Below are positions 52,555-64,000 of a DNA stretch of 64,000 bases, piece by piece. Each line of letters begins with the position of its first letter. Positions within the stretch are counted from its first letter, which is position 1. The translations under genes were made by a program, and so were the position numbers. The stretch spans positions 13,392,001 through 13,456,000 of the forward strand of contig CDPCPM010000013.1 of NCBI GenBank assembly GCA_976551045.1, written 5' to 3'. Below the pieces are notes generated by a model. That model ran no database searches. It saw only the letters and a program-made list of their open reading frames with translations, and was not told the DNA's origin. Source of the DNA: Glaucostegus cemiculus. Its lineage: Eukaryota.

Positions 52555-52740
52555 TTAAATGCTAGAAATGCTCAACAGTCTAAACAGTATCTACAGAAAG
52601 AGATATAGAATTAATGTTTCATCAGAAAAGGACATCATCCTGAAATGTTAACTCTGTCTTTCCACCAATGATGCCTGATCAGCTGAATAGTTGCAGAAAT
52701 TTCTTCCTGATTTCAGATTTCCACCATCTGCAGTATTTCA
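52555..52740. mobile_element. PLE-derived fold-back element (old)
   Basis: aaatgctagaaatgctcaacag...aattaatgtttc / cctgaaatgttaactctg...tttcagatttccaccatctgcag. Confidence 0.55.
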
Positions 52741-53217
52741 TTTCCATTTCTGACTGTTTTACTTAACTTTCTAAGTTACCATTGTACAATCTTTTGCACC
52801 AAGAATTATCATTTGGACAATGCAGTCTGGTGCAAAAAAATGAACAGTTGATAAGTGGAGAATGTTATTTTCCTTAAAAAGTTCATCATTCTCATGATTG
52901 GTACATCCCAAGTCCATAAGATCATGGATGTTTCTGAGCAAATAAAGGCTAGGGAAAACCTTAAATTCCAATTTATCTCCATAAAATCTGATCTTGCATC
53001 AAGAGAGGGTTCCTCTGAATGTGTTGATATTTCTATCATTGTCTTGGAACCAAAGGGAATCTCAAAATTGGAGAAGCAAAACTATTGGTAGGCCATAGGT
53101 GTGAAACCTAAAGAAGGGCAATTATTTAATTTTCCTCCTTCCAGTCTCAGTTTTATATGGCTTATGGAAGGCAAGTCCTTTTTTACTCCTTTTACTTGCT
53201 GCTTGTGTAAAGTGTCC

Positions 53218-53445
53218 TGTAGAATCATTGAGAAACACAGCACAGAAACAGACCCTTCAGCCCACAAGCCAACAATCAGCCACCCATTTATACTAATCCT
53301 ATATCAATCCCATATGTTTTATTTTCCTCATATTCTCATAAACCCACCCCTCCCTCCCACACTCCCACAGTTCTACCACTCACCTACAAACGAGGACAAT
53401 TTATAGTGAACAAAAAACCTATCAAGCCTCACGCCTATGGGATGT
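53218..53445 (-). mobile_element. V-SINE 3' part
   Basis: acagcacagaaacagacccttcagccca...cacccatttatactaatcct...ggacaatttatagtg. Confidence 0.6.
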
Positions 53446-53481
53446 GAGAGAACCTTTTATTTCCTTCCTCTCCTTACCTTT

Positions 53482-53706
53482 TGTTATATTTGTTCTTCAT
53501 CCAAGAGACAAACTTGGCGTGGTTTTAACAACTGAACATTTTATTAAAATGATAAAACAAAGCATGCAGACTTACAGGCTGCTATCAAGAGACTGGCTTT
53601 TTCCTGCTCTTTTCAGCTACTTCCTGTCTCCCATGTGACCCCTTGCATTGCCTGCTGGGAACTGTAGTTCTTTATTATAACTATATAACAAACACATAAT
53701 AACACA
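53482..53706 (-). repeat. 3' LTR of Gypsy element
   Basis: Copy of 57315-57540 with about 9 substitutions and 1 indel by eye; preceded on the - strand by the polypurine tract. Confidence 0.95.
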
Positions 53707-53718
53707 TCTTCCCCCTTT
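53707..53718 (-). other. Polypurine tract
   Basis: The - strand reads AAAGGGGGAAGA abutting the 3' LTR. Confidence 0.85.
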
Positions 53719-53949
53719 AAAAAAAAACAAATGCAATACTTTGTTCTTATAAACCTGCCAAGAACCCTTGTCCACTCAGCAGCTTTCAACCAGTCTCTGA
53801 GGAGGTTTAATGGTCCTTTTTGGTCTGGTACTTGTTTCCACAGGTGTGCTGCTTTCATTTGCTGCATTGGTGTTTTCCTGGGAACTCTGGTCCGCATGTT
53901 CATTTTCTCCAGGTGCTGGCCCCTCTGGCGTGCTGACAGGGGACGGTTT

Positions 53950-54650
53950 ACAAATTCCTCACTCGAAAATTGTGGACCATTGTCTGATACGACTTCACAT
54001 GGAACTCCATGCCTCGCAAACACCACTTTCAGGAATGTGATAACTACTTTGCTGGATGTTGATTGTAGTGTCACAACCTCTGGGTAATTGGAAAAGTAGT
54101 CTGTTACAACAATATGACTCTTCCCATTACAGTCAAACAAATCCACTCCAACTCTGAAATACAGCCTGTCTGGTACAGGGTACGGTGTAAGTGGTTCTGC
54201 TTGCTGCTTTGGTCTGTAGGTATGGCATATTTCACATGAAGCAGTTGTCCGGCTGATGTCTTGGTTCATTCTTGGCCAATACATCACTTCACGTGCTCTA
54301 CGTTTACACTTTTCCTCACCAAGATGCCCTTCATGTATCTTTTGGAGCATCTCCTTGCGTAGTGACACTGGAATCACAAATCTGTTCCCTTTGAAAACCA
54401 TATCTTTCACTACTGACAGTTCATCTCTGCATGCCCAATAACCCCGAACACACATTGGACAGTCATTCTTTTCTGCTGGCCATCCTCTCCTTATTGCATC
54501 CTTGTTTACTTTCATTGTTTCATCTGTCTCTGCTGTTTTCCTAATCTGCTCTGTTCTATCCGGAGATACTGAAAGAGAGGTGACAATCATATCAACATAG
54601 GCCTGTATATCCACATTAACCTGTTGATCACCTTCTTTTTTTTCCTGTCT
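53950..54650 (-). pseudogene. Gypsy integrase, truncated
   Basis: HEGHLG..KCK..YWP..CEIC zinc-binding region, VGVDLF, VVSDNGPQFSSEEF; homology stops abruptly before the catalytic Glu. Confidence 0.9.
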
Positions 54651-54660
54651 TGTCGACTGC

Positions 54661-56499
54661 TCAAGACAGAGCATCAGCAGCAAACATGTATTTTCCCGGC
54701 ATGTAAATCATCTTCACATCATATTTATGCAGCCTTATCAACATACGCTGCATCCTCATGGGACAGTCATTCAGTGGTTTGGACATAATTGAGACCAATG
54801 GTTTATGGTCTGTCTCCACTTCAATAGCATGCCCATAGATGTACTGATGGAACCTTTCACATGCATATGTAATGGCGAGAAGCTCTTTTTCTATTTGTGC
54901 ATAGTTGGTTTCTGTACTTGTTGAAGCCCTTGATGCACAGGCCACGGGTTGCCATTTGGCATCATGCTGCTGCAGTAGTACTGATCCAAGGCCGTGCTGG
55001 GATGCGTCAGCTGATATCCTGATACATTTTTCTGGATCATAAAACTTCAGCACGGGTTTTTCAGTTTGGACCCTTTTCAACATCTGGAAACACTCCTCTT
55101 GCTCATGACACCAAATCCATTCTTTTTGTTCCTCAAGGAGTGACCTAAGTGGTGCTGACACTGTTGACAGATGAGGGATGAACTTAGCCAAGTAAGTCAC
55201 CATCCCTAAGAAACGTCTCACCTCCTCTTTGTTTTGAGGCCTCTCCATGTTTTCAATGGTTGATGTCTTTCTTGGGTCTGGTTTCACTCCCTCTTTAGAT
55301 ATAACATCTCCTATGAAGGTCAGTGTTTTCACACCAAACTCACATTTCTCCTTATTTAATTTCAAATGGACTTTCCTTGTCACATCCAGCACTTGTCTCA
55401 GTCGAATATCGTGTTCCTCCTTGGTGGACCCCCAGACGATTATGTCATCCATCATGGTCTCAACACCAGGTATTCCCTCAAAAATCATGTGGATGGTTTT
55501 ATGGTAGACTTCTGGTGCGGACAGGATCCCATATGGCAGCCGATGATAGCGATATCTTCCCTGTGGTGTGTTAAAAGTACACAGTCTCGAACTTGCCTCA
55601 TCAAGCTTCATTTGCCAAAATCCAGATGATGCATCGAGCTTGCTGAGCCATCTGGTACCTGCAAACCGGGATATGATCTCCTCCCGTGTTGGCAATTTAA
55701 AGTGCTCTCTCTTGATGGCTTTATTGAGATCTCTTGGGTCTAGACATATCCACAATGCTCCATTTTTCTTTTGCACAATGACCGGTGAACTCACCCAATC
55801 TGTTGGTTCTTCAGTTTTTTGTATGACATTCATCCGTTCCATGCATGCTAGTTCTTGTTTAAGTTTATCTCTAAGCTGAAGCGGGACTTTCCTGCATGCA
55901 TGGACAACAGGAGCCACTGTCTCATCAATGTGAATTTTGTGTACACCCGGTAAACATTCGAGCCCTTCAAAGACATCTGCATACTCTTCCATGAGCGTTG
56001 TATGGTCATCTTTGGTATGTGAAGCTACTACAAAAACTCTTTTCACTAGGTTGAGCTTTTCACATGCACTCAGACCTAATATTGGGTGAACATTCTTTTT
56101 CACAATCAGTAGCTGTGCTCTTAAGTGCTGCCCCTTGTGCTTAAGGGTCACCATACAGCCTCCTCTTACTGGAACTTTCTCTCCAGTGTAGCCTGTCACT
56201 TTTAACCTCATGGGGTAAATCTTACTTTTTACTGTGAGAGTCTTATAATCGTCCATAGATAACAGATTCACCTGGGCTCCGATGTCAAGCTTGAATGGAA
56301 TTACTGTCTCATTCACAGTTACTGGAACAACCCATTCTGTTTTACCAGCAGCCACAGTCTGTACAGAATCTACAAAGAATTCCTCCATTTTCTCAACCAC
56401 TGTGTGCACCTTTCTCTTGTTAGCCCCAGCTTTGCAGCATCTTGCCAAGTAATTCTTCTTCCCACAGCTATTGCAGGACTTCCCATAAGCAGGACACAT
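54661..56499 (-). pseudogene. Gypsy pol: protease, reverse transcriptase, RNase H
   Basis: FKLDIGAQ (protease), CLDPRDLN, KLDASSGFWQ, LPYGI..APE, MMDDIIVWG (RT), DAS..GLG, YAQIEKELLA, ETDHKPL (RNase H). Ends at a premature stop in ADALS*. Confidence 0.93.
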
Positions 56500-57160
56500 C
56501 TTTGGAGTGTGTTTACCTCCACATCTGCTGCATTGCTTGTATGAGCCTTTCTCTTTAATTTGCTGTTAGGAAGAATGCTTTGGGAGCTGTTTCCCCGTTT
56601 TCACTGCATTTACTGTTGTTTCTGCCCTGTACAACTCCTTAGCCTGCACTCGTGTGGTTTCTGCAGCCCTACACATATTCACTGCCTTTTCCAGGATCAA
56701 ATCTTTTTCACACAACAGTCTTTCTCTGGGTGCATTATCAGGAATTCCACAAACTATTCTGTCTTTAACTAGTGAGTTTCTCAAATCTCCAAATTCAAAA
56801 GACTTACTCAGTGTATGAAGCTCAGCTAAGTATTGGTTGAAACTAACACCTTGTTTCTGATCACAGGAAGAGAACTTATATCTCTCAAATATGATATTTT
56901 TTACTTGGGACAAAATACTCCTCAAATTTTCTCATCAAGGTGTCCAAATTAAAAGCTGTCTCTTCAATTTGAAAACTGTTGTAAATATCCAAAGCATCTT
57001 CTCCTACCACATGTAGAAAAGTAGACGCTTTCAATTTTTCATCCTTCATTCCTGCTCCACTGGCATCTAAATATATATTGAATCGTTGTTTGAAACTTTT
57101 CCAATTATCAGACAGATTGCCAGTAAGCAGCATAGGCTTCCGAGGACTTAACTTATCCAT
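56460..57160 (-). pseudogene. Gypsy gag, frameshifted
   Basis: ORF pieces MDKLSP..GNLSDNWKSFKQRF.. and ..ERYKF..EFGDLRNSLVKDRIVCGI.., followed by a Cys/His knuckle region (CSRCGGKH..CPAYGKSCNSCGKKNYLARCC). Confidence 0.85.
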
Positions 57161-57300
57161 AACAGGAACTTTTACTTAAACTTCTTTTGGTATTTTCAAT
57201 CACTGCTGAACTTCTTCTTTCGATTATTTTTCTTTACTCACAGAGTTTCTTCCTTTTTGCACACAGTATTCGTTTACTTTCTTTGTTCAGAGCTCACACC

Positions 57301-57314
57301 ATCTTCTGACACCA
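57301..57314 (-). other. Primer-binding site (tRNA-Leu type)
   Basis: The - strand reads TGGTGTCAGAAGAT right after the 5' LTR, complementary to the tRNA-Leu 3' end ...CTTCTGACACCA. Confidence 0.85.
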
Positions 57315-57540
57315 TGTTATGTTTGTTCTTCATCCAAGAGACAAACTTGGCATGGTTTTAACAACTGAACATGTTATTAAAACGATAAAACAAAGCATAC
57401 AGACTTACAGGCTGCTATTGAGAGACTGGCTTTTTCCTGCTCTTTTCAGCTACTTCCTGTTCCCCCATGTGACCCCTAGCATTGCCTGCTGGGAACTGTA
57501 GTTCTTTATTATAACTATATAACAAACACATAATAACACA
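57315..57540 (-). repeat. 5' LTR of Gypsy element
   Basis: Near-identical to 53482-53706; reads TGTGTTATT...ATAACA on the - strand and is followed directly by the PBS. Confidence 0.95.
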
Positions 57541-57545
57541 CCTTT

Positions 57546-57845
57546 GATCCATCCCCCAGTGGATCTGCTCTTCCCTCCTACCCCACACCTGCCTACCACT
57601 ATCTCTTACCTGCATCTACCTATAACCACCTTGTGCCCACCATGCCTCCACCTATCACTGCTCTGCTTTTCCCTTCTTTATATTGTGTTTCCCCTTTTCC
57701 TATCTTCAGTCCTGAAGAAGGGTCCTGACCTAAAATGTTGACCGCCAGCTTTTCTCCACAGAAACTGCCTAGCCACTGAGTTCCTCCAGCATCTTGTTGA
57801 TTTTTTCATCTAGATTCTAGCATCTGCAGTCCTCTGTTTTTCCAT
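57546..57845 (+). mobile_element. Penelope 3' region and terminal repeat (host of the Gypsy insertion)
   Basis: Pyrimidine-rich tract, then CAGTC CTGAAGA AGGGTCCTGACCT AAAATGTTGACCG...ctgagttcctccagcatc...agcatctgcagtcc. Confidence 0.75.
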
Positions 57846-58586
57846 TCTCTGATGAGTGAGTGCTTCAGTGCTATGAAATTGCAATTATCTGCAATTGTCT
57901 TATCTCTATCCAGTAATTACCAAATTGCAACAGTCTTATCTCCATTCAGTAATTATCAAAGGATTCTCCATGCTCCTGGTTGCATAGAAAGAAACTGTGA
58001 TTTCTAGGTGGGCTACAATATGCTTGTAATGCAGTCTCCATGATCTCACTTGAGGCCTTTATGGTATAGTATAATTCCAATAACCATTGAGATACAAGAA
58101 CATCTTTACATCCATTTGCTCTGGTTTATATGCCATAGCCATATCAATACACAGTGTAAACTCTTCCTTCTGCAGTCTCTATTCTTTAAAAGAGTTACTT
58201 GCTCAGAAATCCAGCAGCTTGGCTGTCTGTTTGTTTCATCATATACTCTCAATCCAAGTATCAACACAGATGTGAGGGATTGTGCCCAGTGTTCAACCCT
58301 CTGATTCAGGTATGGTGTCTCTATTGTTCATTCATTCACTAAGGTACTAGAAATAGTCAGTAATTCAAACTAACAACAATGGTACTATCAAATAAAAGTA
58401 AAGGTTACAGTATCAGGGTGCATTTTCCACAGTGGCAAACAAACTTTCTAATGTTCCACACTGAAAACATGTTGCAACACAGATGGCAGTAATTCATGTG
58501 ACAGAATCCTTAAAGAGGTACAACCTTAAAACAGCAATGATTGTTCCCAACCACAAACACATGATACATATGTTATTGATCACTAT

Positions 58587-58727
58587 TCCTCCCACATTCT
58601 GAAAGACGTACAGGTAGGTTAATTTGGGGGGGGGGGGGGTGGTTAAAATGGGCGGTGTGGATTCGGAGGGCCGAAAGGGCCTGTTACCACGCTGTAAATA
58701 AAATTTTTTAAAAATTAAAATTTAAAT
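58587..58727 (+). mobile_element. 5'-truncated copy of the V-SINE at 2504
   Basis: Matches 2637-2760 closely, with an expanded G-run. Confidence 0.85.
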
Positions 58728-58829
58728 GAAATAGGTATTCAGTGGAAGGATGAAAATTACTTTCCCCACCTGGTATTCCAGAGCACCCTATATAGTATCA
58801 CCACGAGGTCAAAGTCAAAGCTAGTGTGA

Positions 58830-59350
58830 TAACTGGCAATGAAACAGCTTCACCACATTAAAAGAAACCAGGCGCAAGCAACTTCCACTCCACAATGTCA
58901 TGTTTGAGACCTGGAAGTCAGGACTCTCTTGGACAATACCAACAGACACTTTGACATTGAATGAGGCACAATGTGCAGGAGACAACCAGTCTAAAGAACA
59001 AGGCAGAGGGTGCACCTTCTCCAGGAGGAGTAAACTGGAAGAAAAACACTGTCTTAACAGAGAGGAGTACCGCCAGCAAAAAATGAGCTAGTTCACCATC
59101 TCAAGAACTATTACTGCAAAATTAGTGGACACCCCATTCCTCGGGAACACCATTAGGCCCTATATAAGTACTGGAAGGAGAAAGCCTTCTCACAAACTAT
59201 CCATCTGCCAGCTCTAACAACAACCAACTGCCTCATCTATGGAAGAGCCTAATGCTCTCATATTGGCCTTGCTGGCCACTAAGAACCCATAAAACTGCAG
59301 CAAAAGTAAGGCATCCTTCATCCCAAGGGACAGTCTAAGCAGAAGAAGGT
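58830..59350 (+). mobile_element. RTE-like LINE 3' end (degenerate)
   Basis: Decayed ...ataccaacagacact...cctcatctatggaagagcc...ctctcatattggcctt...cttcatcccaagggacagtctaag resembles RTE 3' termini. Confidence 0.4.
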
Positions 59351-60376
59351 GGCAACCAAGTTTATCACTGTGTAGAGTCCTCAAAACAGAGAAACTTCTA
59401 AAAAAGAAGTTAATAAACCTCGAAAAGGCTTACAGAGCAAGGTAACGCAATGATACCACAAAGCAGTTAAAGAGGCCAAATATGCATTCTGTGAACTGTT
59501 GCCTGGTAACCTTAATATCTTTTAATTACCCAAACATGCAAACCTCTCTCATTACTGTTCCTTCAAAGCAGGATACACATTCAAACTTTAACTTATAACT
59601 GACCTCCTTAACCCACTATCCTCTTAACAGGAACTCTCACAGAAAATTATTGTCATGCAACACAACTGCAAGACATGGACATTACTAACATGCAGGTTGT
59701 GGTGCTGGGCTTCTCTAAAAACTAATTTGCTTGTAAGGCATACCACTATCGCTGGACCCAGACTGATGAGGAACCAGAAGCTCTTGTCTTCAAGTAAGGA
59801 GGCCACCCTGGCATCCTTGCTTAAAAGACTGTTAACCAAAGGCTCTGAAGCTTAAGTCCAATATAATCATTAAATGAAGACATGGCTACTATCTTAAAAC
59901 CATTGCACCAAGAGTGCTGAAAGTGACTCTCAGAGTCAGCTTCCTAATACTTGCCTCTTCTCCTGTTGGTCTGAAAAAAGCGGTAATAGTCATGACCCAA
60001 GAGAAGCTGGCACTCTGCTGTATCTGGCATTCCCCACACCAAATTGTCAAGTAATAGCAATAACATCCAATTATGCAATGACTTTTGAAGATTTTTGCTG
60101 GTCTTGATCAGACACTAAAGCAAAGAATTTAATACAATCCACAGCACAGAAACAGGCTATTAAGCTTACTTTGTGGTGTTGGTGCTTGAGCCTGTTCCAC
60201 CATTCATGATATAATGGTTTATTTGGTATTGGCCTCACATCCGCTCTCCTGTCCAATCCCCACAATCCCTGATTTTTTTCCAACAGTCCTTGAACATAAT
60301 TAATTACTTAACCTCTGCAGTTCTCTGGGACAGAGAGTTCCAAACAGTCACAACTTTCTAAGGAATTCTTCCCCAT

Positions 60377-60510
60377 TGGTCCTGACGCGGGGTCCTGACC
60401 TGAAACGTCAGCCATCCCTTTGCCTCCTCAGCTGCTGCTTGACCTGCTGAGTTCCTCCAGCAGATTTATGTTTGCTCCAGATTCCAGCATCTGCAGTCTC
60501 CTGTGCCTCC
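60377..60510 (+). mobile_element. Solo PLE terminal repeat inserted in an antisense CR1 fragment
   Basis: GGTC CTGACGC GGGGTCCTGACCT GAAACGTC AGCC...gacctgctgagttcctccagcag...ccagattccagcatctgcagtctc; CR1-like sequence lies on both sides. Confidence 0.75.
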
Positions 60511-61099
60511 CCACCTCTTGCATGAACAATCCCCTTGTCCTGAGGCTCTGCCCCTTAATTCTTGATTCCCTTGCCAAAGGTAATAACCTCTGAGTATCTG
60601 CCATGTCACACCCCACTCCCCAAAGCCAAAATCATCTTTCTTTCTTCTCAACTCCAAACAAACACAGTCTGCTTACTCTCTTCTGGAGCAATACGTTCAT
60701 ATTAGGAATTAATCCAGTGAACCATCTCTGCACATCATACGAGGCAAATATATCATCCTTGAAATAAGAAGACTAATTCTATTATCAGTTTTCTTAGTAT
60801 TGTCTTACCAAAGTCCGGTACAGTTCTATAAAACCTCTTTATTTTTGTTCTCCAAGCTCCTTGCAGTAAACCCTTTCTGATACATTCCAACCTGCCACCA
60901 CATCACTTTGTTCCTGAATCAAGGCTGAACACTAATACTATTTGCTGCAATCGCTCAATATGGGAGCAAGGGCTACGTTCTCATTGTGTAAAATTTCTCT
61001 CAAATTCTTTATTTGATCCAAGATCAAAACAACGTGATCAAAAGTAAGTGATACAGCCCCTAAATTCACTCTCCAGCAGACTTAAGGGAATCAGATTTT

Positions 61100-61586
61100 G
61101 ATTTATTTCTTGTTTATAGATTTAGTCAATCTCAGCTTTGAATACATCAACAAACCTCTGGGATACTAAGTTCTAAGAATTCACTGCACTCAGTAAGTAT
61201 TTTTTTCCTGAACTCAGTCCTAAATGGTTAACAGCTGATCATGAGATCATGATCCCTCATTGGAGATGCTTCAAGGAGAGGAATCAGCTATCAACATCTA
61301 TCCTATTGATGCTCTAATGTTTTTCAAACAGCTAATCTTTCACTCTTCCACTACAGTCACTCTAGTGACTATAGGTCCATCCTACTCAATCTCTCTTGAT
61401 AGGACAATCCTATCTGCCCAGAAATAAAACTAACGAACCTATCGACACCCACTCCCAAGATAAGTACATTCTCCTTTGTTTGGAAACCAGAGCTCTACAC
61501 AGTACTCCAGCTGCGATTTCATGCCATGTCTAATTGTAAAAACCCTTCTTTATGCTTGTACTCCAACCCCATTACAATAAAGAACA
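61100..61586 (-). mobile_element. Old CR1 fragment (continues at 62352-62460)
   Basis: ggaaaccagagctctacacagtactccag is the antisense of 'LEYCVELWFP'. Confidence 0.65.
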
Positions 61587-62351
61587 CCTAGGGAGATCGA
61601 ATTCAAAAGCAGAATACAAGGTTAATGGCAGGACTCTTAGCAGTGTGGAGGAACAGAGGGATCTTGGGGTCCACATCCAAAGATCCCTCAAGGTTGCCAC
61701 ACAGGTTGATAGGGTTGTTAAGAAGGTGTATGGAGTGTTGGCCTTCATTTGTCAGGGTATTAAGTTCAAGAGCCACGAGGTGATGTTACAGCTCTATAGA
61801 ACTCTGGTCAGACCACACTTGGAGTATTGTGTTCAGTTCTGGTCGCCTTATTATAGGAAGGATGTGGAAGCTTTAGAGAGGGTGCAGAGGAGATTTACCA
61901 GGATGTTGCCTGGATTGGAGAGCATGTCTTATGAGGATAGGTTGGGCGAGCTAGGGCTTTTCTCTTTGGAGAGAAGGAGGATGAGAGGTGACTTGATAGA
62001 GGTGTACAAGATGATAAGAGGCATAGATCGAGTCGACAGTTGGAGACTTTTTTTCCAGGGTGACAATGGCTAACATGAGGGGACATAATTTTAAGGTGAT
62101 TGGAGGAAGGTATAAGGGGGGTGACGGGGTAATTTTTTTTACACAGAGAGTGGTGGGTACATGGAATGCACTGCCGGCAGAGGTTGTGGAGGCAGATACA
62201 TTAGGGACATTTAAGAGATTCTTTGATAGACACATGAATGATAGAAAAATAAGGGGCTATGAGGGAGGGAAGGGTTAGATAGATCTTAGAGCAGGATAAA
62301 CTGTCGGCACAATATTGTGGGCCAAAGGGCCTGTACTGTGCTGTAGTGTTC
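61587..62351 (+). mobile_element. Young 5'-truncated CR1 LINE
   Basis: ORFs give QRDLGV..LYRTLVRPHLEYCVQFWSPYYRKDVEALERVQRRFTRMLPG..RGDLIEVYK and RGHNFKV..FFTQRVVGTWNALP; the 3' UTR is intact. Confidence 0.93.
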
Positions 62352-62471
62352 AACATACCACTTGCCATCTTGCTTGCTGTAACTGCCTGTTAATTTTCTG
62401 CATTCTGTATGTCAGTGTACACAACTTCCTCTGCACATCAAAGTCTACCAGAGTTTCACCATTTACATTTA

Positions 62472-63065
62472 CGTAGAGTCATGGAGCTGTGCAGCTCAGA
62501 AACAAGTCCTTCAGCTTGTCCATGCTGATCTCCCGGTGCCTGTAAATGCTAATCCCATTTGTCCGCATTAGGCCCGTATCCCTCTACTTCCCTATCCAAG
62601 TTCCTGTCCAAATGCCGTTTAAACATTGTAATTGCACTTGCCTGTACCACTTCCTCTGGAAGCACACTCCATATAACGACCACCCTCTGTGTGAAAACTT
62701 GCCTCTTGTATCTCCTTTAAATGTCTTCCCTTTCACCTTAAGCTATGTTCTCTAAATTTAAACTCTCCACTCTTGGAAAAAGACTCTTACTATCTACCCT
62801 ATCTATGCCCCTCATAATTTTCTTAATCTCTGTAGGGTGATCCCTCAGCCTCATACGTTCCAGTGGGAATAAACCCAGCCTATCCAATCCCTCCTTATAA
62901 GTAAAGCCTTTCATTCCAGGCAACATCCTGGTAAATCTCTCCTGCACTCTTTCTAATGCTATTACATCCTCCCTGTAGTGTGGCGACCAGAAAGGTACAC
63001 AATACTCCAAGTGCAACCTGAACATTGTTTAGTACAACTGCAATATGACATCCCAACTCTTTTAC
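62472..63065 (-). mobile_element. CR1 LINE 3' fragment
   Basis: ORF 62738-63025 RLHLEYCVPFWSPHYREDVIALERVQERFTRMLPG. Confidence 0.88.
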
Positions 63066-64000
63066 TTATTTGTGGCATTCTTACATTTATGTCCACTTGT
63101 TTTGAGCTCACTCATATGGAGACAGTCCCTCCACATTCATTTTATGAAACTCTTTCACAATTTTATCAGATCTCCTCTTACTCTTTTCCAGAATAAAATG
63201 CTCCAGCCTCTTCATCTTTTAAAGCAGTTGTAGTATTTCAGTTCTAATAAATTCTTTTAAGCTTTTTTCTATATTCAGTATTACTGTATTTGCTTCCATT
63301 ATACAGTTGCATAATGATAATAGTTATTGATGAACTCTGAACAGTAATTTCATTCCCCTCAATGAGACCTGACTGTGCTTCATACCCACGCACCAGGGTG
63401 CAGCAGGCTGGAGTGTTTTTTGAAGTAAGACGGGGATACAAAGTTTAGTTTCAAACCATCTATATTTTTAGTGTTAAGAATGTCAGACTGGACACATATG
63501 GCATCTGAAACATGCATTTGGAGTGTGATTTAACCCAAACCCCTTGAATGAGATGTTAGCACAGATGCAACTAATATCTGCTGAAAGTATGCAGACTAGA
63601 AAGGTTGTGGTTCATAAGAATGCAATACTGATTATTATCAGTTAATGCTCACTTATAACCTTGCAAACCTGAATACACATTAGTAGTGAGAAGAATCTCA
63701 CACCAGCAAAATGTAAAAGAATAATAAAATGTTTGCATGTCAATCACTAATGATTTCTACTGACTGTTGCAGTCATTGTATAAGTGAATATAGTACTTTA
63801 AGTTTGTTAACATTAAGTGGTGTCAAGTGCGGAAGAACCTTGTCCTGACTGCAAGACTTCTGCATCAATCAGGGCTAGCTGACATGGGTGGATTAATGGA
63901 CGTTCTCCTGGACTACAGCTGGACTGAGACAATGAGCAGAGAGGACTAAGCAGAATGAACTAGTATGGTGTCAGAGCAGTGGTTATTTAGCAGTGCACAC

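Larger units (their letters stand above)
53482..57540 (-). mobile_element. Ty3/Gypsy (Mag-like) LTR retrotransposon, both ends present, coding region decayed
   Basis: Two ~225-bp LTRs with TG...CA ends, 5-bp TSD CCTTT (53477-53481 and 57541-57545), PBS, PPT, and gag-PR-RT-RNaseH-IN domain order. Confidence 0.96.

Noticed and set aside
63966-63975. TGGTGTCAGA resembling the Gypsy PBS
   Set aside because: No LTR ending in CA before it; a short chance match at the window edge.
1-64000. Remaining 60-140 aa ORFs, and prokaryotic-type systems (CRISPR, operons)
   Set aside because: The short ORFs have no recognisable domains or fall in or opposite repeats. No repeat-spacer array was seen, and the DNA is vertebrate intron.

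Overview
Eukaryotic genomic DNA, inferred to be from a cartilaginous fish (shark or ray) from its repeat content. The window lies inside a + strand progesterone receptor gene (PGR/NR3C3). Three coding exons are present (20039-20341, 39181-39325, 48615-48745), equivalent to hinge/LBD exons 4-6; they have GT-AG boundaries and splice in frame. I did not find exons 3 or 7, so the flanking introns probably exceed 20 kb and 15 kb. The introns carry a decayed Ty3/Gypsy (Mag-like) LTR element on the - strand (53482-57540; both LTRs, tRNA-Leu PBS, PPT, CCTTT target duplication). They also carry CR1, L2, RTE and Rex1/Babar LINE fragments, V-SINEs, Deu-domain SINEs and many Penelope-like element (PLE) pieces. 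Most noteworthy: (1) repeated minimal hammerhead-ribozyme motifs in PLE terminal repeats; (2) short fold-back elements made of two inverted PLE ends, two of them with 14-19 bp target-site-like duplications; (3) one SINE head/core with alternative CR1-like and Rex1-like tails; (4) Cys at the human PR Gly722 (RU486-sensitivity) position; (5) a perfect 29-bp-arm hairpin. Repeat boundaries are approximate unless stated, and family names come from motif recognition, not database searches.
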